Sequence record: OK272484.1
Length of the DNA: 64,000 nt
Strand: one strand, 5' to 3'
DNA from: Escherichia phage JLBYU22
Part shown: in pieces, positions 1 to 10,083 of the stretch
How the letters are laid out: each line of letters starts with the position of its first letter
How positions within the stretch are numbered: the first letter of the stretch is position 1
Made by a program: the position numbers and the translations under genes
The notes under the pieces: model-generated
What the model was told of the DNA's origin: nothing
The model's input: only the letters and a program-made list of their open reading frames with translations
The model's database searches: none

Positions 1-1176
1 TACGGTAAAGACCCAATCGCTTCCGATGCTAAAGAAGCATTCCACCCAATGTATGGTCCAGATGCAATGTTCTCTGGTCAGGGTGCTGCTAAGAAATTCC
101 CAGCTCTGGCTGCTAGCACACAAACTACAGTAGGTGATATCTATACTCACTTCTTCCAGGAAACTGGTACTGTATATCTGCAAGCTTCTGTTCAAGTAAC
201 AATCGATGCTGGCGCGACTGATGCTGCTAAATTAGATGCTGAAATTAAGAAACAAATGGAAGCTGGTGCACTGGTAGAAATCGCTGAAGGTATGGCTACT
301 TCTATCGCTGAACTCCAGGAAGGTTTCAATGGTTCTACCGATAACCCATGGAATGAAATGGGCTTCCGTATCGATAAACAAGTTATCGAAGCTAAATCTC
401 GTCAGCTGAAAGCTGCTTACTCTATCGAATTAGCACAAGACCTCCGTGCTGTTCACGGTATGGATGCTGATGCTGAACTGTCTGGCATTCTGGCTACAGA
501 AATTATGCTGGAAATCAACCGTGAAGTTGTTGATTGGATTAACTACTCAGCTCAGGTTGGTAAATCTGGTATGACCCTGACTCCGGGTTCTAAAGCTGGT
601 GTATTTGACTTCCAGGACCCAATCGATATTCGTGGTGCTCGCTGGGCGGGTGAATCCTTTAAAGCTCTGTTGTTCCAGATTGACAAAGAAGCAGTTGAAA
701 TTGCTCGTCAGACCGGTCGTGGTGAAGGTAACTTCATTATCGCTTCCCGTAACGTAGTTAACGTTCTGGCTTCAGTTGATACTGGCATTTCTTATGCTGC
801 GCAAGGTCTGGCTACCGGCTTTAACACTGATGCTACCAAGTCAGTATTTGCTGGTGTTCTGGGTGGTAAATACCGTGTATATATCGACCAGTATGCTAAA
901 CAGGATTATTTCACTGTAGGTTATAAAGGTCCGAACGAAATGGATGCTGGTATTTACTACGCTCCATATGTAGCTCTAACTCCGCTGCGTGGTTCCGATC
1001 CGAAGAACTTCCAACCAGTAATGGGATTCAAAACTCGTTACGGTATCGGTATCAACCCATTTGCAGAATCCGCTGCTCAGGCTCCGGCTTCTCGCATCCA
1101 GAGCGGTATGCCTTCTATTCTGAATAGCCTTGGTAAAAACGCTTACTTCCGCCGTGTATATGTTAAAGGTATCTAA
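1..1176 (+). CDS. 23: Major capsid protein gp23, C-terminal portion (gene starts upstream of window)
   Basis: Frame is open from base 1 into ORF 49..1176; T4-type gp23 sequence; followed by hairpin terminator. Confidence 0.9.
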   Translation, partial: YGKDPIASDAKEAFHPMYGPDAMFSGQGAAKKFPALAASTQTTVGDIYTHFFQETGTVYLQASVQVTIDAGATDAAKLDAEIKKQMEAGALVEIAEGMATSIAELQEGFNGSTDNPWNEMGFRIDKQVIEAKSRQLKAAYSIELAQDLRAVHGMDADAELSGILATEIMLEINREVVDWINYSAQVGKSGMTLTPGSKAGVFDFQDPIDIRGARWAGESFKALLFQIDKEAVEIARQTGRGEGNFIIASRNVVNVLASVDTGISYAAQGLATGFNTDATKSVFAGVLGGKYRVYIDQYAKQDYFTVGYKGPNEMDAGIYYAPYVALTPLRGSDPKNFQPVMGFKTRYGIGINPFAESAAQAPASRIQSGMPSILNSLGKNAYFRRVYVKGI

Positions 1177-1191
1177 TCTTTGACGATTTAA

Positions 1192-1220
1192 GGGACCTTC
1201 GGGTCCCTTTAGTTGTTTTT
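1192..1220 (+). terminator. Rho-independent terminator after gene 23
   Basis: GGGACC-TTCG-GGTCCC hairpin 1192..1207 followed by T-rich tract. Confidence 0.75.
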
Positions 1221-1224
1221 ATGG

Positions 1225-1232
1225 TATAAATA
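1225..1232 (+). promoter_or_regulatory. T4 late promoter TATAAATA for gene 24
   Basis: Exact TATAAATA about 28 nt upstream of gene 24 ATG. Confidence 0.7.
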
Positions 1233-1259
1233 AATCATATAAACCAAAAGGAAAGCGCA

Positions 1260-2543
1260 ATGGCTAAAATCAACGAACTTCTGCGCGAATCAACCACAAC
1301 GAATAGCAACTCAATCGGTCGCCCAAATCTCGTTGCTTTGACTCGCGCTACCACTAAATTAATATATTCTGACATTGTAGCAACGCAAAGAACTAATCAA
1401 CCTGTTGCTGCTTTTTATGGTATCAAATACCTTAACCCTGATAACGAATTTACATTTAAAACTGGTGCTACTTACGCCGGCGAAGCTGGATACGTAGACC
1501 GAGAACAAATCACAGAATTAACAGAAGAGTCTAAATTAACTCTCAATAAAGGCGATTTATTCAAATATAATAATATCGTTTATAAAGTATTAGAAAATAC
1601 ACCATTTGCTGATATTGAAGAAAGTGATTTAGAATTAGCTCTTCAGATTGCAATTGTTCTTTTAAAGGTTCGTCTATTTTCTGATGCTGCAGTAACAAGC
1701 AAATTTGAAAGCTCTGATAGTGAAATTGCGGATGCTAGATTCCAGATTAATAAATGGCAAACCGCAGTTAAATCTCGTAAACTTAAAACTGGCATTACAG
1801 TTGAATTAGCACAAGATTTAGAAGCAAATGGATTCGATGCTCCTAATTTCTTGGAAGATTTGCTTGCAACCGAAATGGCAGATGAAATCAATAAAGATAT
1901 TCTGCAGTCTTTGATTACAGTATCAAAACGCTATAAAGTCACAGGAATTACTGATACTGGATTCATTGATTTGAGTTATGCATCTGCACCTGAAGCTGGT
2001 CGTTCATTATACCGAATGGTGTGTGAAATGGTTTCGCATATCCAAAAAGAATCAACTTATACTGCAACGTTCTGTGTTGCTTCAGCTCGTGCCGCTGCGA
2101 TTCTTGCTGCATCAGGTTGGTTAAAACATAAACCAGAAGATGACAAATATCTTTCACAAAATGCCTACGGGTTCTTAGCTAATGGTTTACCGCTTTATTG
2201 CGATACCAACAGCCCATTAGATTATGTAATCGTTGGCGTAGTAGAAAATATCGGTGAAAAAGAAATTGTTGGATCAATTTTCTATGCTCCATATACAGAA
2301 GGTCTTGACTTAGATGACCCTGAACATGTAGGTGCATTTAAAGTTGTAGTTGATCCAGAAAGTTTGCAGCCATCTATCGGTTTATTGGTTAGATATGCTT
2401 TATCTGCAAATCCTTATACTGTAGCAAAAGATGAAAAAGAAGCAAGAATAATTGATGGTGGAGACATGGATAAAATGGCGGGTCGTTCAGATTTGTCTGT
2501 TTTATTAGGTGTTAAGCTACCAAAAATTATCGTTGATGAATAA
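1260..2543 (+). CDS. 24: Head vertex protein gp24
   Basis: 427 aa, same length as T4 gp24; position after gene 23. Confidence 0.92.
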   Translation: MAKINELLRESTTTNSNSIGRPNLVALTRATTKLIYSDIVATQRTNQPVAAFYGIKYLNPDNEFTFKTGATYAGEAGYVDREQITELTEESKLTLNKGDLFKYNNIVYKVLENTPFADIEESDLELALQIAIVLLKVRLFSDAAVTSKFESSDSEIADARFQINKWQTAVKSRKLKTGITVELAQDLEANGFDAPNFLEDLLATEMADEINKDILQSLITVSKRYKVTGITDTGFIDLSYASAPEAGRSLYRMVCEMVSHIQKESTYTATFCVASARAAAILAASGWLKHKPEDDKYLSQNAYGFLANGLPLYCDTNSPLDYVIVGVVENIGEKEIVGSIFYAPYTEGLDLDDPEHVGAFKVVVDPESLQPSIGLLVRYALSANPYTVAKDEKEARIIDGGDMDKMAGRSDLSVLLGVKLPKIIVDE

Positions 2544-2549
2544 AACAAA

Positions 2550-2565
2550 GGGACCGAAAGGTCCC
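2550..2565. terminator. Bidirectional hairpin terminator between convergent genes 24 and rnlB
   Basis: GGGACC-GAAA-GGTCCC hairpin flanked by A/T-rich tracts on both sides. Confidence 0.65.
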
Positions 2566-2571
2566 TTTTAT

Positions 2572-3576
2572 TTAACTTACCAATTCAATCCAAGCCGGAC
2601 GAAGTACATCTTGTACCATTTTAACTAATTCCTTCTTAATCAAGGAAGGATTATCCGCTTGAGTTAAAGTAATACCTTCACGAGAAGTTTCTTCCAAAAT
2701 ATCTTGAACAGTTAGTCCCATCACCTTTCCAAAATCTTTTGGACCAATTTCGCCAATTTTAGAAATAACGTTATTTACCCGATTCAGTGTAACGTAGCAA
2801 GCTAAAATTCCCAGCAATTTGTTATCAGCTTCTGACAGTTCAACTTTAACTTTAATAGGCTTATCAGACTTTTTCTTTTCGCTAAATTTAGAGTTCTTGC
2901 ATTTGATAGCTACGCGATTACCATTAGGCATCCAAGAAGGATAACAAGGTTTCAATACATATCCTTCAGCAGTAAATACTTCGCCTTTTGCTTCAGCATT
3001 CCAAACGCATTTATTTGCATCAACTAATCCAGCGTGGTCTACCGTAAAATTATAATCCTGGACGACAGAATCTAAATCATTTGGCAATTTAATAAGTTCT
3101 TCAAATTTACCACGACCCAAAAGTGGAGCCATTTTAAATTTGAATGTATTACAGAATGATTCCATCATATAATCATCGACATAAGTCACATCACCACTTT
3201 CTGTAGTAACAATAATGTCAAATACATAAAAATCTTTATCACCATAATCGACATTCTTCTGAATGCCAGGTCCAGCGAATTCGCCGAAGACTTGATAAGA
3301 TACAACTGCCGAAGTTTCCATAATATCTTGTACTGCTTTAATGGAATCAGCGTAATTCTTTAGAATAATTTCATACCCAAAGAAATCTTCAGCAGGAAGA
3401 ATCGGTCCAGTACGTTTAGCACAAGTTGCTTTATCGCGTTCAATAATCAGTGAGAAATTTGTGCCATGAATCTTTTCACGAGCTACCCATTCGCCGCCAG
3501 TCAATCCTAAACTGTAAAGTTTTTCAATGAATTTAGAATTGTAATGATTTTCAAGACTGCTATACTTTTTAAACAT
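2572..3576 (-). CDS. rnlB: RNA ligase 2
   Basis: 334 aa; nucleotidyltransferase lysine motif KIHGTN near N-terminus; T4 position. Confidence 0.9.
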   Translation of the reverse strand: MFKKYSSLENHYNSKFIEKLYSLGLTGGEWVAREKIHGTNFSLIIERDKATCAKRTGPILPAEDFFGYEIILKNYADSIKAVQDIMETSAVVSYQVFGEFAGPGIQKNVDYGDKDFYVFDIIVTTESGDVTYVDDYMMESFCNTFKFKMAPLLGRGKFEELIKLPNDLDSVVQDYNFTVDHAGLVDANKCVWNAEAKGEVFTAEGYVLKPCYPSWMPNGNRVAIKCKNSKFSEKKKSDKPIKVKVELSEADNKLLGILACYVTLNRVNNVISKIGEIGPKDFGKVMGLTVQDILEETSREGITLTQADNPSLIKKELVKMVQDVLRPAWIELVS

Positions 3577-3585
3577 AATTAATCC

Positions 3586-3864
3586 TCAAAATGTAATTTC
3601 TAACCAATCACCATCACGTTGATCACTATTGACTTTAAAGCTAAATCCTTCTTTTCTCAGCCAATCACCAATTTCTTCAGTAATCAATTTATCGCGAGCA
3701 GTACAATAATAACTAAAATATGTTTTACCTTGTTCAGCTGCTTTATTAGCAAGTTCCGAAAAATCTTTAATAAAACACTCTAGCTTAAACTGTTTACTTT
3801 TAAGTGCTTTTTCGCGTAATTGATTAGCAAAAGATTCATTTTCATAAAGATCATACTGTTCCAT
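3586..3864 (-). CDS. Hypothetical protein (position of T4 24.2)
   Basis: 92-aa ORF in coupled minus-strand block. Confidence 0.55.
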   Translation of the reverse strand: MEQYDLYENESFANQLREKALKSKQFKLECFIKDFSELANKAAEQGKTYFSYYCTARDKLITEEIGDWLRKEGFSFKVNSDQRDGDWLEITF

Positions 3865-4066
3865 TTTTCACCTTTTTATTAATATGTCTTTTTCTATAGA
3901 CAACTTTTTCTCGAGTTTCAAATTTATTCTTAGCAGTCATAGCTCGAGCCCATAATACAGCCACTTCTTTTGCCTGTAAGTTCAATTCACGAGCAATTTC
4001 AATGAATGACTTTCCAGACTCATGAAGAGTAAACACCACAACTTCAGTTCTCATAATCAATCTCAT
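3851..4066 (-). CDS. Hypothetical protein (position of T4 24.3)
   Basis: 71-aa ORF, basic, overlaps downstream ORF start. Confidence 0.5.
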   Translation of the reverse strand: MRLIMRTEVVVFTLHESGKSFIEIARELNLQAKEVAVLWARAMTAKNKFETREKVVYRKRHINKKVKNGTV

Positions 4067-4135
4067 GTTATCGAGTTGGTGCCATTATATACATCATTTT
4101 CTGAGTGTGTTTTGTGTGCTTTCAAAATGAAGAAA

Positions 4136-4149
4136 GGGGCCGAAGCCCC
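4136..4149 (-). terminator. Hairpin terminator downstream of hoc
   Basis: GGGGC-CGAA-GCCCC hairpin; T-rich on minus strand after stem. Confidence 0.6.
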
Positions 4150-4155
4150 TTATGA

Positions 4156-5574
4156 TTATGGATAGGTATAGATTATACCAGTTTCTAAAGCAGTTTTGTG
4201 AATGATGTATCCATTACGTGATTCTTGGACATCAACTTCTGGATAGTCTTTCATCATCTTCTGAAGAGTGTAACGATGCAGGTAGTATTTACTATCTGGA
4301 TCTTCAGTTTTCCAATCTTTACCTTCTTCGGTCATTTTTTGGATTTCATCCATAACCCACCAACCACACCAGATGTAAGCTGAAGTACGATGTGGAAGAG
4401 GATGAACATAAGGTAATTCACCTTCTGGCTCTGGAGCAACTTTATCAGTTACCTGAACTTGACCTTCCGCCGTAATAGTTTTGCTATCATAATCAGCAGC
4501 AGTAACAGTTGCAGTAACTTCAATAGTTTGACTTCCAATAGATGAGGTATCAACGGTATATACATTAGTTGACCCTTCTACAGGAGAAGAATCTTTCTTC
4601 CATGAATACGCAATTTGCGCTTCTTCTGGAGCATCAGTGACATTAGCAGTAAATGTAGCCGAAGCATCTTGTTGAACGTTAATAGAAGGAGGAGTCAATG
4701 TAACCTGTGGATTCATTGTCTTCTTATTAACTGTTAATGATACTTCATTCGAAGTAACTTCCTTTTCATTGTAATTTTCAGCAGTTACTTGGGCTACGCA
4801 TTTAATTCTTTTTACTCCACTTGTAGTTGGAGTATAGTTAAATGTAGAGTTAGTTTCTCCACCAACTTGTGAATCATCTACATACCATTTATATGTAGCA
4901 GACGCTCCAACAGGTTGAGAAACCAAGGCAGCAGTAAATTGAACTGGGGTTCCAATTACTCCAGCTGAAGGACTATCAGGAGTTACTGCTAAGGTAGTTG
5001 TCTGCGTCTTTTTATTAACAGTCAGTGACACTTCATTGGAAGTAACTTCCTTTGTATCATAATCTGTCGCGGTTACTTGAGCTACACACTTAATTGTTTT
5101 AACTCCGCTTGTGTCAGGAGTGTAATTGAATGTAGCGTCAGTTGCTTCGTCTACAGGAGAACCGTCAACGTGCCATTGATACGTAGCGTTTGCACCTGAT
5201 GGCTGTGAAGCTAAGGCAGCGGTAAATTCAACAGCTGTTCCAATCACTCCAGCAGCAGGACTATCAGGAGTTACTGCCAAGGTAGTTGTCTGTGTCTTAT
5301 TTTGAACTGTGATAGTTGTACTAATTTCAGCTGTTTCAGCTTCAGAATCAGGAACTGGATTTGTTGCAACTACCTTAATAGTCTTTTGTCCAGCAGGACC
5401 TTTTAGTACATAACTAAAAGTTGCAGACGTTTCTTCCTGCGGTGCATCATCAACAGTCCAAGCATAGGTAATAGGTCCATCTCCAGTTTGACCACTGGGT
5501 GTAGCAGTAAACTGCTGAGTCTGATCTATAACTCCAGTAGGTGTTTTAGGAGTTATATCAACTGTAAAAGTCAT
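4156..5574 (-). CDS. hoc: Highly immunogenic outer capsid protein Hoc, 472 aa with four Ig-like domains plus capsid-binding C-terminus
   Basis: N- and C-terminal sequence as recalled for T4 Hoc; internal tandem Ig-like repeats; T4 Hoc is 376 aa. Confidence 0.88.
   Translation of the reverse strand: MTFTVDITPKTPTGVIDQTQQFTATPSGQTGDGPITYAWTVDDAPQEETSATFSYVLKGPAGQKTIKVVATNPVPDSEAETAEISTTITVQNKTQTTTLAVTPDSPAAGVIGTAVEFTAALASQPSGANATYQWHVDGSPVDEATDATFNYTPDTSGVKTIKCVAQVTATDYDTKEVTSNEVSLTVNKKTQTTTLAVTPDSPSAGVIGTPVQFTAALVSQPVGASATYKWYVDDSQVGGETNSTFNYTPTTSGVKRIKCVAQVTAENYNEKEVTSNEVSLTVNKKTMNPQVTLTPPSINVQQDASATFTANVTDAPEEAQIAYSWKKDSSPVEGSTNVYTVDTSSIGSQTIEVTATVTAADYDSKTITAEGQVQVTDKVAPEPEGELPYVHPLPHRTSAYIWCGWWVMDEIQKMTEEGKDWKTEDPDSKYYLHRYTLQKMMKDYPEVDVQESRNGYIIHKTALETGIIYTYP
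4723..5298 (-). repeat. Tandem duplication of a 288-bp Ig-like domain unit inside hoc (2 copies)
   Basis: Two consecutive 96-aa segments beginning KTQTTTLAVTPDSP and ending EVTSNEVSLTVNK, highly similar at protein level. Confidence 0.8.
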
Positions 5575-5583
5575 AAGTTATCC

Positions 5584-6264
5584 TTATTTTAATGTTACGA
5601 AAGAAGAATTGCGTGTTTCACGAATTAAAACTGATCCGTCACGGTTAATGTAATAAATTAAGCTAAATAAAGTTTGGTGTGCTGACGCATGCTCAAAACT
5701 AGTTGGGTGAGATTTCCAATCCGGAGTTTCAGCAATCCACTGGTAAATCCACCAAGGAACGGTGCAGAATCCTGGATTTTTTCCAATCAGCTGAAGATTC
5801 GGACTAAAGTTTTCCGGAAGAGTAAATACAGACAGCTTTTCAGATTCAATAATCTCAGCTACAGCCTGCTCGAATTTTTCTTCAACAAAAGGAGTATCTT
5901 CAATCAAAACATCGGTATTTTCAGGAATTTTATCCGTTTCTACTACTTCAATTTTAATGTCAGATTTAACCGGAGAATCAATCAGAAGTGCTGCCTCTGG
6001 ATTGACTTCTTCATCGTCATATTTTAACCCCTCTGCAGCATCAGCAGCATCAATTAAGTCTTTAATAGATAACCCATCAGTCTCTGGCATAGGTTCACTA
6101 GCGAGCTTCTGGAGGGCTTCTTCAATATCAACAACGATATTATCAAAAGATTTATTCTTTTTGACCTTTATACCAAACTGCTCAGCATATTCAGCTAATT
6201 TAGCTTTAGCTTCTTTGTTATCATCAAGAGCCTTCAGCTCTGCAATATAATCTTTATCTATCAT
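5584..6264 (-). CDS. inh: Inhibitor of prohead protease gp21
   Basis: 226 aa, same as T4 Inh; position between hoc and uvsW. Confidence 0.8.
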   Translation of the reverse strand: MIDKDYIAELKALDDNKEAKAKLAEYAEQFGIKVKKNKSFDNIVVDIEEALQKLASEPMPETDGLSIKDLIDAADAAEGLKYDDEEVNPEAALLIDSPVKSDIKIEVVETDKIPENTDVLIEDTPFVEEKFEQAVAEIIESEKLSVFTLPENFSPNLQLIGKNPGFCTVPWWIYQWIAETPDWKSHPTSFEHASAHQTLFSLIYYINRDGSVLIRETRNSSFVTLK

Positions 6265-6277
6265 AATATTTCCTCAG

Positions 6278-6285
6278 TATAAATA
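6278..6285 (+). promoter_or_regulatory. T4 late promoter TATAAATA upstream of uvsW
   Basis: Exact TATAAATA about 30 nt upstream of uvsW ATG. Confidence 0.55.
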
Positions 6286-6314
6286 TAGATATATTTATTA
6301 CATGGTATTTAGAC

Positions 6315-7826
6315 ATGACTGACATTAAAGTACATTTTTATGATTTTAGTCACGTGAGAATTGATTGTGAAGAAAGTACATTTCATGAACTCCGTGATTT
6401 CTTTAGCTTTGAAGCTGATGGGTATCGTTTTAATCCGAAGTACAGATATGGCCACTGGGATGGACGAATCCGTCTTTTAGATTATAATCGCCTTCTTCCA
6501 TTCGGCTTGGTCGGGCAAATTAAAAAGTTCTGTGATAACTTTGGCTATAAAGCCTGGATTGACCCGCAAATTAACGAAAAAGAAGAATTATCAAGAAAAG
6601 ATTTTGATGAATGGCTTTCTAAATTAGAAATCTATTCAGGAAATAAAAGAATTGAACCGCACTGGTATCAAAAAGATGCAGTGTTCGAAGGATTAGTTAA
6701 TCGTCGTAGAATTCTTAATCTTCCAACATCTGCAGGTAAATCTTTAATTCAAGCTTTGCTTGCTCGGTATTATTTGGAAAATTATGAAGGTAAAATTCTT
6801 ATCATTGTTCCAACAACTGCTCTGACAACTCAGATGGCTGATGACTTTGTTGACTATCGTTTATTCAGTCATGCAATGATAAAGAAAATCGGCGGTGGAG
6901 CATCAAAAGATGATAAATATAAAAATGATGCACCAGTCGTTGTTGGTACATGGCAAACTGTAGTAAAACAGCCGAAAGAATGGTTCTCACAGTTTGGAAT
7001 GATGATGAATGATGAATGCCATCTTGCTACAGGAAAAAGTATTTCATCTATCATATCAGGTTTAAATAACTGCATGTTTAAATTTGGTCTATCAGGTTCA
7101 TTACGTGACGGCAAAGCCAATATCATGCAGTATGTTGGAATGTTTGGTGAAATATTTAAGCCAGTAACGACCTCTAAATTAATGGAAGATGGACAAGTAA
7201 CTGAGTTAAAAATTAATAGTATTTTTCTTCGCTATCCCGATGAGTTCACTACTAAATTAAAGGGAAAAACTTACCAAGAAGAAATAAAAATTATTACTGG
7301 GCTCAGTAAAAGAAATAAATGGATCGCTAAATTAGCTATTAAGCTTGCACAAAAAGATGAAAACGCTTTTGTCATGTTTAAACACGTATCGCACGGTAAA
7401 GCTATTTTCGATTTAATTAAAAATGAATACGATAAAGTTTATTACGTATCAGGGGAAGTTGATACTGAAACCCGCAATATAATGAAAACCTTAGCTGAAA
7501 ATGGTAAAGGAATAATTATAGTAGCGAGTTATGGTGTATTTTCTACTGGTATTTCAGTTAAAAATCTGCATCATGTTGTTTTAGCGCACGGCGTTAAATC
7601 AAAAATCATTGTATTACAAACAATCGGTCGTGTATTACGTAAGCATGGTTCTAAGACAATAGCAACAGTCTGGGACCTCATCGATGATTGTGGTGTTAAG
7701 CCAAAATCTGCTAATACGAAAAAGAAATACGTTCATTTGAACTATCTTTTAAAACACGGCATTGATCGTATTCAGCGCTACGCAGATGAAAAATTTAATT
7801 ACGTAATGAAAACAGTTAATTTATAA
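6315..7826 (+). CDS. uvsW: UvsW DNA/RNA helicase
   Basis: 503 aa; Walker A LPTSAGKS and DECH box. Confidence 0.9.
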   Translation: MTDIKVHFYDFSHVRIDCEESTFHELRDFFSFEADGYRFNPKYRYGHWDGRIRLLDYNRLLPFGLVGQIKKFCDNFGYKAWIDPQINEKEELSRKDFDEWLSKLEIYSGNKRIEPHWYQKDAVFEGLVNRRRILNLPTSAGKSLIQALLARYYLENYEGKILIIVPTTALTTQMADDFVDYRLFSHAMIKKIGGGASKDDKYKNDAPVVVGTWQTVVKQPKEWFSQFGMMMNDECHLATGKSISSIISGLNNCMFKFGLSGSLRDGKANIMQYVGMFGEIFKPVTTSKLMEDGQVTELKINSIFLRYPDEFTTKLKGKTYQEEIKIITGLSKRNKWIAKLAIKLAQKDENAFVMFKHVSHGKAIFDLIKNEYDKVYYVSGEVDTETRNIMKTLAENGKGIIIVASYGVFSTGISVKNLHHVVLAHGVKSKIIVLQTIGRVLRKHGSKTIATVWDLIDDCGVKPKSANTKKKYVHLNYLLKHGIDRIQRYADEKFNYVMKTVNL

Positions 7827-7839
7827 GGGCTTCGGCCCT

Positions 7840-8082
7840 TTGGAGAAAAAGATGTTACTAGGATTTAAACAATTTCTTTATGAAGCTTCTATTGATGAAT
7901 TTATGGGTAAAATTGCCTCTTGTCAAACATTAGAAGGTTTAGAAGAACTTGAAGCTTATTACAAGAAAAGAGTTAAAGAAACTGAATTAAAAGATACTGA
8001 TGACATCTCTGTGAGAGATGCTTTGGCAGGAAAAAGAGCTGAATTAGAAGATTCAGACGATGAAGTAGAAGAAAGCTTTTAA
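7840..8082 (+). CDS. uvsW.1: UvsW.1 small acidic protein
   Basis: 80-aa ORF immediately downstream of uvsW. Confidence 0.7.
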   Translation: MEKKMLLGFKQFLYEASIDEFMGKIASCQTLEGLEELEAYYKKRVKETELKDTDDISVRDALAGKRAELEDSDDEVEESF

Positions 8083-8137
8083 ATTAAAAAAGGCCCAACC
8101 AAAAAGGAAGGGCCAAAACTATAGACTAAAGGTCACA

Positions 8138-8305
8138 CTATAGCAAAAGTTGTGTTTCATTTAATTGTTCTTCCGAACTTTCTGAAACTGGTAGTTCTTT
8201 AATGTAATTATAGCAAGGCCCAGGATGTACAGGACCTTTGTCTGTTTCAACAACCAATGCAGAATCGATTGGAGTTTTACAGACAACACAAATCTTATCT
8301 GACAT
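8138..8305 (-). CDS. Small cysteine-containing protein (position of T4 uvsY.-2), possible zinc ribbon
   Basis: 55 aa, MSDKICVVCKTPID...HPGPCYNY; Shine-Dalgarno GAGGAG upstream; not in ORF track (under 60 aa). Confidence 0.5.
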   Translation of the reverse strand: MSDKICVVCKTPIDSALVVETDKGPVHPGPCYNYIKELPVSESSEEQLNETQLLL

Positions 8306-8330
8306 GATTGTCTCCTCTGAATTATATATC

Positions 8331-8338
8331 TATTTATA
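8331..8338 (-). promoter_or_regulatory. T4 late promoter (TATAAATA on minus strand)
   Basis: Exact reverse complement of TATAAATA, 26 nt upstream of the small ORF start. Confidence 0.5.
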
Positions 8339-8558
8339 CAACTCTCATATGCATATCAATGCCCATATCTTTAGAATAAAAATATTCATCAAGATATCCG
8401 GCAAATTTTCCTTTAATATAAAGGACATCTTCACCGCACGGGTGGTCGGCCAGGATACGAATATCCTGACGCTTAAGATTATGCTTTTTCATTAAGAATT
8501 GAATTTCCGTTTCAAATTCTTCTTCATAATTAAAAGCATCATCAATGCTATATCTCAT
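8334..8558 (-). CDS. Hypothetical protein (position of T4 uvsY.-1)
   Basis: 74-aa ORF, stop overlaps uvsY start region. Confidence 0.6.
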   Translation of the reverse strand: MRYSIDDAFNYEEEFETEIQFLMKKHNLKRQDIRILADHPCGEDVLYIKGKFAGYLDEYFYSKDMGIDMHMRVV

Positions 8559-8971
8559 TATTTTCCAGCCTCAAATGCCCGCATGTCTTGAATATGCTTA
8601 ATAGCAAATCCACGTGATTTGATAGCATCAAGAGCTCCGCTACAGAAATCTAATAAAATTCCCCAATATTGTAATGAAGTATCAACCTTTAAAACATCCT
8701 TATCAGCTGATAGAACTGTCTTCATTTCTGATTTCTCGTAACGATCCATACTAAATTCATCACCATCTCCTCGTCCCGAGTAGTAGTCTAATTTAGCTTT
8801 AAGAGCAACTTTTTTCTGTGCATCAATTCTAAGCATTTCCTTTTTAATACTTGAATGCTTATTAAGCCATTTACTATATAACATCACATTATTAGCTGCT
8901 TCATACTGTAATTTAGTCGAATCTATAAACACATCTTTCTTCAATTCTTCTTGAAGATCTTCTAATCTCAT
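8558..8971 (-). CDS. uvsY: UvsY recombination mediator
   Basis: 137 aa, same as T4 UvsY. Confidence 0.9.
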   Translation of the reverse strand: MRLEDLQEELKKDVFIDSTKLQYEAANNVMLYSKWLNKHSSIKKEMLRIDAQKKVALKAKLDYYSGRGDGDEFSMDRYEKSEMKTVLSADKDVLKVDTSLQYWGILLDFCSGALDAIKSRGFAIKHIQDMRAFEAGK

Positions 8972-9011
8972 ATTGTTCTCTATTCAATTGTTATTGGATG
9001 GACTTAGATTC

Positions 9012-9037
9012 ATTATACCACGTTTATACGTGAAGCA
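9012..9037 (-). promoter_or_regulatory. Candidate MotA-dependent middle promoter for uvsY
   Basis: Minus strand reads aaTGCTTCA, 13-nt spacer, then TATAAT. Confidence 0.5.
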
Positions 9038-9436
9038 TTATACTCTATTACTGGAAGCCAGTTGTAGTTTTATCTGCTCGATATCATCAGGGTTATCGAT
9101 GACTGAAAAGCGTATTTCTACTATCAAAGTATAATCATCATAAACCGGTATTACATTAACTGCTAATTTATCAATACGTGGCTCATAGTTTCTTACTGCG
9201 CTTTCGATATTACGCTCAACCGTGTCAGCAGTAAGAGGAGTCATATTCTCAAAAAGTTGGTCAGATAAATCACATCCAAATTCAGGGTCAAACGGTCTTG
9301 AACCTTTTCTTGTTGTAATAATTCCTAAAAGACTATTTTTAATTGACCTTAATCCAAGTGATCTTGAAACGTCTTTGTTCCAATCCATTTTCATCTCTGG
9401 GTCAATATCAGAATAAAGCTTATTAATATTTGCCAT
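9038..9436 (-). CDS. 25: Baseplate wedge protein gp25
   Basis: 132 aa, same as T4 gp25. Confidence 0.9.
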   Translation of the reverse strand: MANINKLYSDIDPEMKMDWNKDVSRSLGLRSIKNSLLGIITTRKGSRPFDPEFGCDLSDQLFENMTPLTADTVERNIESAVRNYEPRIDKLAVNVIPVYDDYTLIVEIRFSVIDNPDDIEQIKLQLASSNRV

Positions 9437-10062
9437 TACAATAGCTCAAAGAATTCTTTGAGTCCTCTTATTACATGAGCGTGAGTTTTTCCACACTCTG
9501 GACACTTAATTGGAACAGCCAAATAAACGGTAGGCTTTAAAAGCATATCTTTTATAGCTACAATATCTGACTCTGTGATGATAGAATATAAATCTTCCAG
9601 TTCTTTTTCATTTAAGTCTTCAACTGGAATGCTTTCCCCGTTAGCATGAATCGTTTCTATACATGATACTATCATGTGGGCTATATTTTTATCATCAAAA
9701 ATTTTAGGGTAATGGAATTTAATTTTAATGTCACCCAGTGTATACCAGAGGTCTTCTGGTGCATCTATTTGTGTATGTAATAGATTTATATGGGTTGGTA
9801 TTTCAGTTCCACAGGTGCACTTCCAGGAGTTTTCGTGATTAACTTCTCCAAGAGAATGTGCCCATAAATGAATCAATAGTAGTTCTGATTCTTGGCGGTT
9901 TAAATCTTTTGCATTTGTGCATTCTTTGATTAGCTTTTTAACGATCTCTTCTACTGAACCGTTCTTTTTAGCAGTAATAAGTTCTAGATATTCTTTAAGA
10001 GTAAATGCGCGACAGTTGATTATTTTAGAACCAACTCTCACATCAAATTTGTATTCATACAT
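9436..10062 (-). CDS. 26: Baseplate hub protein gp26
   Basis: 208 aa, same as T4 gp26. Confidence 0.88.
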   Translation of the reverse strand: MYEYKFDVRVGSKIINCRAFTLKEYLELITAKKNGSVEEIVKKLIKECTNAKDLNRQESELLLIHLWAHSLGEVNHENSWKCTCGTEIPTHINLLHTQIDAPEDLWYTLGDIKIKFHYPKIFDDKNIAHMIVSCIETIHANGESIPVEDLNEKELEDLYSIITESDIVAIKDMLLKPTVYLAVPIKCPECGKTHAHVIRGLKEFFELL

Positions 10063-10083
10063 ATTTAGCTCCTTTATTTATCA

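Noticed and set aside
1643-2157. Minus-strand ORFs 1643..1891 and 1963..2157 inside gene 24
   Set aside because: Fully embedded antisense to the conserved gp24 coding sequence; no start context.
5689-6250. Plus-strand ORFs 5689..6027 and 5957..6250 inside inh
   Set aside because: They lie entirely inside the well-supported minus-strand inh gene, have low-complexity serine/asparagine-rich translations and no ribosome binding site; antisense artefacts.
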